A DNA stretch of 63,246 bases, counting the filler, from Intoshia linei (taxonomy: Eukaryota; Animalia; Orthonectida), in assembly GCA_001642005.1 (NCBI GenBank). It is 6 parts of 6 records of this genome, joined end to end, with 100 filler letters (N's around TTAATTAATTAA, not from the genome) between each part and the next. Parts side by side here need not be neighbours in the genome. Positions count along the whole stretch, not along the records: positions 51,831 to 59,989 come from LWCA01001485.1; positions 60,090 to 61,389 come from LWCA01002683.1; positions 61,490 to 63,246 come from LWCA01002510.1; 3 more parts are not named here. The stretch is one strand, 5' to 3'. Position 1 is the stretch's first letter; each line of letters starts with the position of its first letter. The notes under the pieces were generated by a model. It saw only the letters and a program-made list of their open reading frames with translations. It was not told the origin of the DNA and ran no database searches. The translations under genes were made by a program, and so were the position numbers. Shown here piece by piece: positions 52,405-63,246 of this stretch.

Positions 52405-53190
52405 TGTAGATATTCTAAAAGGCATTACATTAAGTACCGTCTAAACGAGGGGACGGGAACCTTTTGCTTCTCGTGGGCCACTTTTTTATATCAATAAATT
52501 CTACGGGTCGTTTTTGAAAATTTACACATAATACACTTCAATTTTTAACTGAACAGAAACGGTTTATTAAGATTTAATATATTCTAAAAAATAAAATCCA
52601 GGGCGTCTTAAAATATTTAAAACGGCCTTTAAAAGTTAAAAAATTTAAAAATAAATAATTTAAATATTTACTTCAAGGGTCACCAAAATTATCATGTGGG
52701 TCATTGGTAGCCGACCCCTATCTAAAGTTTAGTATCAACTTTATCAAGATTGTGCAATTGCTTTGATAAGTGAAGATAAGATTAAAAAGGTTAAATTGTC
52801 GTATTTTTCTTAACTAAAAACCCTAAAATCGCCTCAAGTTAAATAAAACAGTACACATAACAACTAGTAAAAAAATATAAAAATTTACATTTGATAATAT
52901 TTTGAGAAAGTAAATGTATTTGTATCGTAGTATGCTGAATTTTGACATTTTGGTAATTATCTAATTTACAGACACTGTTATTTAATTTTAAATTTTTACA
53001 TTAAACAAAACTTTGCAAGACTCTTTGTAGCCATGTCATTTGTTTAATTTAAAATTTCTGAAATAAAAATCAATTTGAAGCTCGGTTTGAGTTTGAATTC
53101 ATAATTACAATTTTGTACTTTAATTTCTACAAATTATAAATTTAAAAATTAAAAATTATATAAACAATTATTTTTGTATATATTCAATAT

Positions 53191-56100
53191 ATGGATCAAG
53201 ATGTATCGCTTTATCTAGCGCCAATGGTTAGAATTTGTACACTTCCAATGAGATTAATCGCATTAGATTTTGGCGCAATTAAAGTTTATTCTCAGGTAAT
53301 TTTATTTTTTTTGATTTATTTTATTTTATATTTAATTTATTTCTAATTTAGGAAACTATTGATTCTAGTATGTTGTTGACTAAAAGGATTGTAAATGGTA
53401 TCATATATATCGTATATTTCGGAGGTGGAGTAGCATTTATTGTTGTAAAGCCGCACTAATGTCCAAAAAAATTTACTAAGGCCGCACCTTTCTAAATAAA
53501 ATTGTGTCAACTACAGCAGTGAGGGGTTTCTCATGAGGTGACTGGTCATCCTCAAGGGGTGAATAATTTTATTAGGGGTAAATGATAAATTTTTAGCATA
53601 TTTTATTTAATTGAGTAAAATCTTGTGAGAAAAAAACAAAATTTTACTAACCTTTACGGGAAAAAACCCCTTTGCCAATATTTTTATAATATTAAATAAA
53701 ATAATTTGAAATGAAAAATATTTCAAATTGTTCAGAAGGCCGCATTTTTCCCACATATAGTATATTTGAATCATTTTAATTCTTACATGTTTAGAAAAAT
53801 TACAAACGATTGAGTATATTATGGAAACTGGTTGTATAGTTTTTAAAACTACCATGAAAGAAAAAAATCATGTCATCTTTCAAATGGTATTAAAACATAA
53901 ATTTATCGGTTATCGCTTAACATTTACAAATTTATTTTTAGGGTACATCAAACCCTGAAAAATCACTCAAAGTTGCTCAAATGATGTATTTTTTGTTATA
54001 GTGTATTAGTATCGTTCAGTTTTTTCAAATTTTATATTGAAATAATTTAGCTTTTGATTTTGATTTTTAAAAGTTTAGTTCAAAAATTTGTAAGTTTAAA
54101 AAAAGTGTGGGAAGCCAATTTTAATTAATTTAAATATGGTTGAAATAGTTCTTCCTTTACGTAAATGAAAAATTTTATGTATTCTTTCAATCTTTGATTA
54201 ATTCTAGGCGTGTGGTTACATTTGCAATTTGTTAGCATTTCTATATTTTCCAACTACTGCTTATCAAGTATATAACAGTGTTATATTTTAACACGCATAG
54301 TGACACTATACATAACAATACATAAAATCTTATTAATTACATTATTTAATTATTATTACATTAATTAATCTTATTTTAATTACAATTTTAGTCAAAACGA
54401 CGTGGCAGGAATAGATATTAATATGGGATGTCCAAAAAATTTTTCTATAAAGGTATTTTTAATTGTTAATTTTACTAATTGAGTTGTTCTGTAAAAATAC
54501 ACCTGGTGTCATTTATTGTAGTATACTTTGTGAAACTTTATACAGTATTCTCTCTAAAATTCACCAATTACCTAGTTCGCTAACCCTATACATGAACGAT
54601 TTCAAATTGGCGTCTATAAAATTTTTATATACTTATTTAATTTTTTTGGATGTATCTTTTTTATTATGAAATGTTCCCAACGTTAAGTGATTATATGATT
54701 ATTGAGTGAGCTATTGCTTATGGAATTTACAAAAATACAATATAATACTGTATTTTGATTTTATTAATTTATTTTGTTAGGGAGGAATGGGTGCAGATTT
54801 ATTAAACCACCCTGAGAAAGTGAAAAAAATTCTATCCAATCTTGTAAATAATCTTAAAATACCAATTTCTTGTAAAATACGACTTATTAAAAATGTATTT
54901 TTAATATTTATACCAGTGCTTACTAAATTGTGCGCCGCGGTGCACTAGTGCGACGGCAGCATCTTATTAGAGCCCGATAGCTGAATCTGATTTTTTTTAA
55001 ATTTTGATTTGTTTTAACGATATATAATTTAAAATTATAAAAATGTCTTTTAAATATCTAAAGTATATAGATTTTATAATTACACTAAAATAGTAAGTTA
55101 ACCCTTTCACTGTCTCGAATTTATGTTTTATGTTTAAACTTGTATAATTTTTAAATTACCTATGTGAAAATGTATGAAAATAAAAGAATAAAGTTTTTAT
55201 AATTATGCTGTGTATTGTATAGAATAGTATTATAAAAAAAATTATAAATTATTGCATTTGAGGGCCCCTTATTAAAAAAGTTTGAAAACAACTGAATAAT
55301 ACACATTTTCAAAGATATTAATATATTATTAATATATACATTTCAATGTATTAAATAGTGCGCCGCAATTTTTTTTATTTAGTTTTTAGTGCGCCGCGAA
55401 CATAAAAAGTTTGGCAACCACTGATTTATACATTTAAACTTGTAATTTAATTAATCAATTTTAAATTAAGAAAGAAAAATGTATAGAATTAATTAAACTC
55501 ATTGAAAGCACTGGAGTTTGTGAAATTGCTATTCATGGAAGAACCAGAGTAAGATTGTAATATAGCACTGCTGTTATCCGATCGAGGGCCCCTGGAACCC
55601 TTAGACTCCAAACTATATTCCTGGCTTCGTGAGATTTAAATAAAATAATTAAAAAAAATGTATCCATTTTTGTTAATTTTTATAGAAAAATTTTTAATAT
55701 TTATTACAGATTTGCCAAATTTTGGGAATTTATCCCAGACGACCGGTGTATTATTGTTTCAAAAATCCGACTTTTGTCCACCATTAATAAAATCTAATAA
55801 ATAATACCATTTTAAAATCACCTTTTTCCAATATTTTTTTGAAAAACACCATTTTATCCAATAAAAATCTAATTAGTAACGCTTAAGGGAAATATCCTCT
55901 TTTTCCAATATTTTTTTCAAAAATTCAATTTTACTAAATCTTATGAGAAAAAAAATTTTTTCATAAATATTTTGAAATTGGGGTCCGTACACTATTTGAA
56001 TCGGGAACCACTGTACTATATAGTAAAATAAGGTTAAAATAATTAATTATGTCTGACTTCTAAAGTAAAAACTCCAATATTACGTGCATCGGAGGTACAA

Positions 56101-59082
56101 GTATTGAATTTGGAAAATTACAAAAATTTAATTTACAACTTTTTAAATGACATTCATTTCAAAATGGAAATGTCTTAATCAGGGATTGAAAATAATTAAT
56201 AATTATGGAAATGAATGAATTTATTTACATAAATTTTCAAAAAATAGAAACATTTTTACGACTAAAATATTGGTTGAACTGATCAATTAAAAATAATGAA
56301 AAACTGCAAACAATTGGTTTCATTTTCATTTATTCTTATGAATTAATTTCAATCCCTGTTTCAATTGTACATTTTTTCATTTCTGATTTCTCGGATAATT
56401 AGAAAAATTGAAAACTGAATTTCAAGACAAATAAATAAAACCAGTGGCTCTTTGTCCAAGAGTCTTTGGCTAATCTTTGGCATAGTGGATATATAATCTA
56501 TGAAATCGTTAATAAACAAAAAATGTAAAGTTTTCATAAAACATGTTTCAACATAAAAAATTCCGAAATAAAAGTACATTTATAAATGTTATATATTTTT
56601 AGCTTCAACGTCCAAGTGAACCTAATGATGATAAAATGATAGCTGAATTGTCAAAACATGTGAATATACCTGTTGTAGCTAAGTATGTATTTTATTTTTA
56701 ATAAATAAAGTGTACACTGTACAGGAACATATTTCAAGGGTCGGCAACCGGTAGACCTTTGAGTAAACATGTACATCATTTATTTTTCAACTTTTAAACA
56801 CTGTTTTAAACATTTTCTACTATAATTGGCTCATTATAATCATTTTAATTCTGAATGTTCAGACGTCCTGGATATTATTTTGTTGAATATACTAGAACCG
56901 TTTCTCTTCGGTTAAAATTGAAATGTATCATGTGTACATTTTCAAAAACATGGCCCGTTTAATTTTTTGATATAAAAAAGTGTCACATGAGATGCAAAAG
57001 GTTGCCGAACTCTGATGTATTTGATCAGTTTTGCTATGTTTTAAAATGTATATCATTTTATTTACAGATAATTATTTTAGCGGTTGCAATAATACATGCA
57101 ATTCATACCAAGATGTTATGGAATTCGCTATACGGACAAATTGTTCTAGGGTTATGATTGCCAGAAACGCTATTAAAGATCCTTCAATATTTTCACCAAC
57201 CAAATTTACTATTACTGAAATATTGACCAAATATATTAACTACGTAATTTTTTTTATATATATTATAGTTTTATAAAACCGTGTATTTAGGCGATTCAAT
57301 TCGAAAATGGATTTAACAATACAAAGTATTGTGTTCATCGGATTATGAAATCGGGTTGCAATGAATTTTCAAATCAATTTTGTAGTGATATATTAGCATG
57401 CCAAAATTATAAAGAATTATGGTAAATATACTTTTATACATTAGTGCAGTGTTTTTCAACCTTTTTTACAGCGCGGAACCCTTATGATATTTCAAAAAAT
57501 TGCGGCACCTAAAACATGATCAAAAATTTTTTCATTTCAATTTTCTTATTACTTTCTAATTAAAAAAAAATATATTTTATTTATACTTGGAAAGCTTCTT
57601 CGCCACCAACATTCAAATACTCATAATTTCCCAAGAAACACCTAATCATACCCTGCTTAAGTTATGATTATCAGTGGTGGATGTTACTCTTATACTTAAC
57701 ATTTTAAATTTTTTTCAAGTCCTTTTTTTGAAGAGTTAATAACGCTCTTTGCCAAGATCCCCATCTCCCCAGAAGGAGTAAGGAACACACGGAATTTAGC
57801 CGGTAAAATGAGTTGCCTCCCTCACACTACAAAGAAGTATCCAGGCCCGTGAGAGTTAACTTTTTAGTTAGATATCATTATAAAGAGGTAAGTAACTTAT
57901 TTAAATTATTTCAAGAGAGTTGGGCCAGTAAAAACCCACCTTCTTTACAATATTTCTCATAAAAATAATTTGAATTATTATTACTTTTGAACATCATTTT
58001 TTAGGTTTCCATACTCACAACGTATAATACTTTTTTGATTTAAATTTGAAAATGATGTTGTTTCATTGCATACAACAGTAATTTAGAAAAACTTTAAATT
58101 GAAAAATATCGCATTTATATTTCACGGNATTTGAAAATGATGTTGTTTCATTGCATACAACAGTAATTTAGAAAAACTTTAAATTGAAAAATATCGTATT
58201 TATATTTCACGGAACCCCTGGGTCTGGGCCCATCGCGGTAAATGGGTTGAGAACCACTCCATTAGTGTTTTGAGACTCTTCATATCAATGGTATTCTCTC
58301 TATAATTCGCCATTCTGGGGATTTCGAAAAAATTGGCGAGATAGATAATTTAAAATTATAGATACAACAGAAAAAACCTTTAAATTGCAATAAAATGTAA
58401 ATTGTAAAATTTAATATAAAATAATTAAAATTTATCTTATCAAAAAATTTATTTATACAACTGAAATTAATTAATAATTTTTTGTAAGCTTAATATACAT
58501 ATTCCCCGTTTTTAAATAAATGTATTATCCATCTGCATTATTAAACCTTCTCTTTTGCGATTTAGAAGCATTTTAAATTTCAACGTGATTTCAAACATAA
58601 GTACATAAAATCGTCACTAATTTTGAAAAATGGTTTTAAAACTTTTAGTTTTATATTTTAAATTAATGACGAGTTATAGAATAAAATGTTAATATTTCCA
58701 TATTACAGTAATAATCATATGGCGACATACAGAATTGGCGAGTTGTGGAGAGAATAAAGTATTCAAATTGATTTTTAATTACAATATGTTGTTTAACTAA
58801 TTAAAAGGTCGAAAAGTATATCTCAACATTAGCATTATTGGTGACTTTGAGTTGATAATACCAATTTGGTATATAAAAATTATACCGTAGTTTTTCAATT
58901 TATGTAGGCTAGTTTTTATTATTTATTATTTTTTACGTTTTACATTGTATTATAACTTTAGCAATTTATGGAGTATTAAATTCGAAGGAAATGAAAATTT
59001 AGGTCTACAATTAGATAATGTACATGAAGATTGGCCCATTGATAATGTCAATCGTTTGCCTATTTTAATTATGAAAAAGTAA
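53191..59082 (+). CDS. DUS2: tRNA-dihydrouridine(20) synthase DUS2, 11 exons
   Basis: [93 protein letters not shown]. Exons 53191-53295, 53352-53397, 53795-53886, 53942-53985, 54392-54452, 54781-54894, 55471-55548, 56603-56682, 57081-57243, 57291-57421, 58962-59082. Confidence 0.93.
54914..55423. mobile_element. hAT MITE in a DUS2 intron, containing a piggyBac MITE fragment
   Basis: CAGTGCTTACTAAA / TTTGGCAACCACTG ends; perfect 8-bp TSD ATTTATAC. Confidence 0.85.
56180..56358. mobile_element. Short MITE with CAGGGATTGAAA TIRs
   Basis: cagggattgaaaataattaataa ... ttatgaattaatttcaatccctg; no clear TSD. Confidence 0.6.
56735..57014. mobile_element. hAT MITE in a DUS2 intron
   Basis: CAAGGGTCGGCAACC / GGTTGCCGAACTCTG TIRs; imperfect TSD acatattt/atgtattt. 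Confidence 0.65.
57447..58259. mobile_element. hAT non-autonomous element in a DUS2 intron
   Basis: CAGTGTTTTTCAACC / GGTTGAGAACCACTC ends; perfect 8-bp TSD CATTAGTG. Confidence 0.85.
58294..58754. mobile_element. TA-flanked MITE
   Basis: ttctctctataattcgccattctg ... cagaattggcgagttgtggagagaa inverted ends, with TA on both sides. Confidence 0.6.
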
Positions 59083-60089
59083 TTTTATTAATAATTCATT
59101 TATACTGACTAATTACTATTTAACTGAATTCCTTTATAACGAAAAAAATGACGTTAAATTTTAACTTAAAATGACTAGCATCATAATTATACTAAAGTTT
59201 TTTCGGTTAAAATTAAAAGCTTTAGATACGTAAAGATTTAATTTATTCTTGATTAATGATGATAATAATGGTTGATCATAAATTATATGAAATGAAATGA
59301 CATGCAAATAAAGGTTAAGTGGAATGAAAATCAAAATATTCTCATTTTTCAGGACCCAAAAGTGACATGAAATATAAAACATTGATGAAAAAATTAAAGG
59401 TTTTTCATCATAGGATTTAGTAAAATAGTGTTTTTTAAAAAGTATCAAAAAGAGGATATTTCCTTAAGCATTGATAATATTGTAGTTTTATTGTGGGGTT
59501 GGAATAAGACGTTTATCTCATAAAATTTGGTAAAATCGTGTTTTACAAAAAAATATTGGAAAAGGGTATTTTTCCATTAAGGGTTGGTAAAATTCGATTT
59601 TTTATTTTGTGGCTTGATTAAGTGTATTTTTTAAAAATATATCGGTATAAGTAAATTTTTCCCTGAAGACTTGAAATGGTATTTTTTATAAAATTTTATT
59701 AATGGTGGGATAAAAGTAGGATTTTTGAAATAATAATGTAGCGGTTGTCTGGGCTTGAGTAATGTCGAGCACAAAGTAATGTCGTTTATATAACTATAAT
59801 TAAAACTTCTATAATAACAATTTTGATTAACCTATATTCTACAAAATATTCTCCATTGCATCCAACAATTCTTCTCCGACGTCCGACGTCATTGTTCCGA
59901 TAGCTTCTTAATTCTATTTTAAAAAAAATTCTGGCTTTTATTTGTCAAAAAGTTATCAATGTCAAATTTTAAATGCTCAATTGAATCGTNNNNNNNNNNN
60001 NNNNNNNNNNNNNNNNNNNNNNNNNNNNNNNNNTTAATTAATTAANNNNNNNNNNNNNNNNNNNNNNNNNNNNNNNNNNNNNNNNNNNN

Positions 60090-60680
60090 TTATAAAAGAT
60101 TTAGTAGAATTGCTAATTTTAAAATCGAGTACAAATCCCACATCCATGCTGGATTCATTGGGTGTCAATTCTGGACAATAAATCAATTCTTTACAAATAT
60201 CACTGATATCACTCAACGATATAATGGACGGTCCAAACGTATTTTTTTTGTAGTCTGATAGAAAAGTTATAAGTTTTGATTTAAGAGGAGACTCGATATT
60301 TTTTTTCTTAAATGATAATAAAATCGAACTTGGCATAGTATTTCCAGAATTAAACTCACTAATAACAAATTCTTTCTGAGTGTCACTGAGACCCCGGGCG
60401 ACAATTTAGAAATTTGTGTAAATATGATTTCAGATAAAAATATATCGATATCTTCATTATGAGCCAAAAAGTGGGAATACATTTTGGCATTACAATTCTT
60501 AAATTTACATGTAATATATCTTTCTACCAGATAAATTATCACTAACTGTATCCTTTGACCATTTTTTTTCAAAATTCTTCAAATCCTCTTTATTTGTAGT
60601 ATTGTTATATATCCATTTAATATTAACATTTGTATTTTTTGGTGGCGATAGGTGGCTCTACATTATTTATTTCATTTGTT
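60090..60680 (-). mobile_element. Frameshifted MULE transposase N-terminal fragment related to the 15218 element, cut by the spacer
   Basis: YITCKFKNCNAKMYSH, PSSILLSFKK..PLKSKLITFLSDYKK..ISLSDISDIC..GFVLDFKI parallel CEAEMMAH, PKQLITAFK..ISLAELIGKC..PYVLDYKV. Confidence 0.7.
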
Positions 60681-61851
60681 TTTGAGTCGGAATAAACAAA
60701 ATCATGCATATTTTTACTGATAAATGATTGATAAAATATTTAAAGTAAATGCATCTTTATTTCCTGTAACTTTATTTAAATTCCTAATAAACTATTAAAA
60801 TAATGCAAAAATTCATTAGTTACTATTAAAATCATTATTCTTATAATTATTGTTATAAATTCTTCGGTAATACTCTATTTTTAATGTTTAATACTATTTA
60901 TTTGATGATCCATAATTATGCAGCCTTTGTAAATATGAACACAATTATAAATTCAGTATGAAATTCAAAAAAGATTATTCACTTGACAATCACTTGTAAG
61001 CGAAATATTTGCATAAATGTTTAAATCAATTTAAATTCACATAACTCGGGCACATTTTCATTTGACTAGTAATTAATCTATAGATTAAATTTATATAGCG
61101 GTTACATCTAAAATTTTATGAGAAATTATTTATATCTTAGTTATATCAATTTTAAATATCGTTACAAAAAATTTGAATCTTCATTTTCTATTTATAATTT
61201 TCAGATTTAATTTATTTAATTCTTATTTGTAAATTTTTTTTGATATATATTATCTTCAAATATAATTTGAAAAAAAATGTGTGGTTGTCATAGAAATTTT
61301 AGTCCGAGTGATCTCGATTAGCCAGAGTCGCCACTGTTAATAATATATTAAAAATTATTTTTCACCGGGAATGCGTAGATTTCTGGGGTNNNNNNNNNNN
61401 NNNNNNNNNNNNNNNNNNNNNNNNNNNNNNNNNTTAATTAATTAANNNNNNNNNNNNNNNNNNNNNNNNNNNNNNNNNNNNNNNNNNNNCTTATTCCAGT
61501 TGATATAAATACAAAATTTTAACCCCAGAAATCTACGCATTCCGGTTAAAAAATAATTTTAAATGTATTATCAACCAATATTTTGATTAAAATTGAAAAT
61601 GTAAATATTGAGACTACAATTTCAAAAAAAATGTGAATTGTACGTCTACACATATTCATTAAAGACATGAGTGCAAATCTATATAATTCATTCCTTCGGA
61701 ATGATTTTTCATTGCTACCCAATTTTTAAATTTCAAATTTTCATTTTCAAAAAATTTTGTTAACTTTAATTAATTTATGACATTACAGCAACGTAATATA
61801 AAATATATAATTAAATTTATACATTTATTATTAAATTTATTCATGACATTA

Positions 61852-63246
61852 TTATTTTGCCCATTTAAACCACATCATCTTTTCTTCTTTAATTTTTTCA
61901 TTATTATATATCGTATAATTTATTTCATTAATTTCCAAATATCTTTTGGATTTTTTCTGAACCTGAATACTTGTTCCAGCTTCACATATCACAGTTAAGT
62001 ATACAATTATGTATATTAAAGTGGGAACTAGTATAATTATAACAATCGTTACATAAATGAAGGCCGGTAGACAATAATCTTTAAAATGTAGGAGACAAGC
62101 TGAACACTCTTTCTTGGTGTATACTTTTTGAACTGCACATAACTCTAAATTTAAATTAATACTAAATTGTATATTAATTTGAATGTAGTGTACGGCACAG
62201 TAAAACAGTAGCCCATGATGTTAAAAATTTTAGAAATTTGATTTTGATTCAAATTAGATTAAAAGTTAATAAATTGTATATAGGTATTATATATATATAT
62301 AATACATTGTATTGCATTATAATCCTAAGTTACGATTCCTAACTTATATAAATATCTTTGTTTGTCTGTATGTTGTGTAACACAACATGTGTTATGGTTT
62401 ATTTCAATAACTAAGAGTTTAAAATGTAATACATTAGTATAACACTTTTGAGGTGACGAGTATCAAGAGAGTATTATTACAAAAATAGCCATATAAACGT
62501 CCAAACTTATTTTTTGATATTTAATGGAATAGAAAAATACATTTAACGTGTAAATTAAATTATTAACTACTATATTATTATTAAATTATAAGTAAATTTA
62601 TCAACGTCAGCTGAACTCTTCAGTACTACATAATTAAACTTAACCCTTTAGTGCTTGCGCAGTGTCAATTTTATGGACGATTTTATTCAATGAAATTTAG
62701 TTAGCCTATAATTTTGCGTAGGTAGGTATAACTTACTAGGGTAAGTTGCTTCTCCGTTTGCTGCAACCGTTAATGGAACATGATCCTTACATGTTGCACA
62801 GTACATATCATCATCCTAAGTTTCACAATTTGAAGCTAAAGTGTAATATTTAATTGAATCCACTAATTAAATCGTATTATAACGGAAAATTTGATTTATC
62901 TAATTATCTGAGAATTTAATCGACGAAACATTAATATTAGAAGGTGGTATTTTTAAAACGTTTTATATATAAGTTAGTTTTGTTTAATTTATATATTGGT
63001 ATGTCCGCAGAAAGAAATTACATAGTTAGATTCTGTACAAAATCAATTGATATACAAAATTACTGATAATTGGGGAATTTAAATTAAAATTTATCATTAT
63101 GTTTGAACATTTTCTATAGCTATCCACATAATACATTATAGTATGATTAACAGTGGTATTACAGATAATGCAATGTAAATTACCGTCAACGTTTTGAACT
63201 CATCGGATTTTAAACGCACTAAAAGTTCACCCTTGACAGTGTTAGC
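61852..63246 (-). CDS. 3' part of an unidentified multi-exon membrane protein running off the right edge
   Basis: Putative terminal exon ~62144-61852: SYVQFKKYTPRKECSAC...PAFIYVTIVIIILVPTLIYIIVYLTVIC...WAK*. Putative exon ~62817-62739: DDDMYCATCKDHVPLTVAANGEATYP|gtaagt. Exon joins are not resolved. Confidence 0.35.

Noticed and set aside
57740-57860. GC-richer island inside a hAT element as a captured gene or RNA
   Set aside because: No ORF, tRNA fold or recognisable motif; cannot be supported without a search.
58044-58212. ~85-nt direct duplication separated by a single N
   Set aside because: Typical overlap artefact at a contig join.

Overview
Very AT-rich eukaryotic (metazoan) genomic DNA with many 32-50 nt GT-AG micro-introns. 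This resembles a highly reduced invertebrate parasite such as the orthonectid Intoshia linei (inference, not verified). Five identical 100-nt N/TTAATTAATTAA/N spacers split the window into six pieces, so adjacency across them is not trustworthy. Housekeeping genes reconstructed by hand: VPS13A/C-like (minus strand, running toward the left edge), mitochondrial IF2, intronless EFCAB7, TMEM231 (3' end not found, cut by a spacer) and DUS2. Three surface or secreted protein genes are largely missed by the ORF track: an apextrin C-terminal (ApeC) domain single-pass membrane protein with a PPxY tail, a TSP1-repeat/Ig-like/TM protein, and an 8-exon secreted multi-ShKT/mucin protein with a possible divergent ShKT paralog fragment. 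The rest is a diverse transposon landscape: a Gypsy relic, an intron-containing Ginger-like integrase, an intron-containing open-frame MULE-SWIM transposase with altered catalytic motifs, hAT/Tc1-mariner/piggyBac MITEs with intact TSDs, Chapaev- and hATm-like relics, and a dominant non-autonomous Helitron family. All calls come from manual translation and motif recognition; no searches were run.
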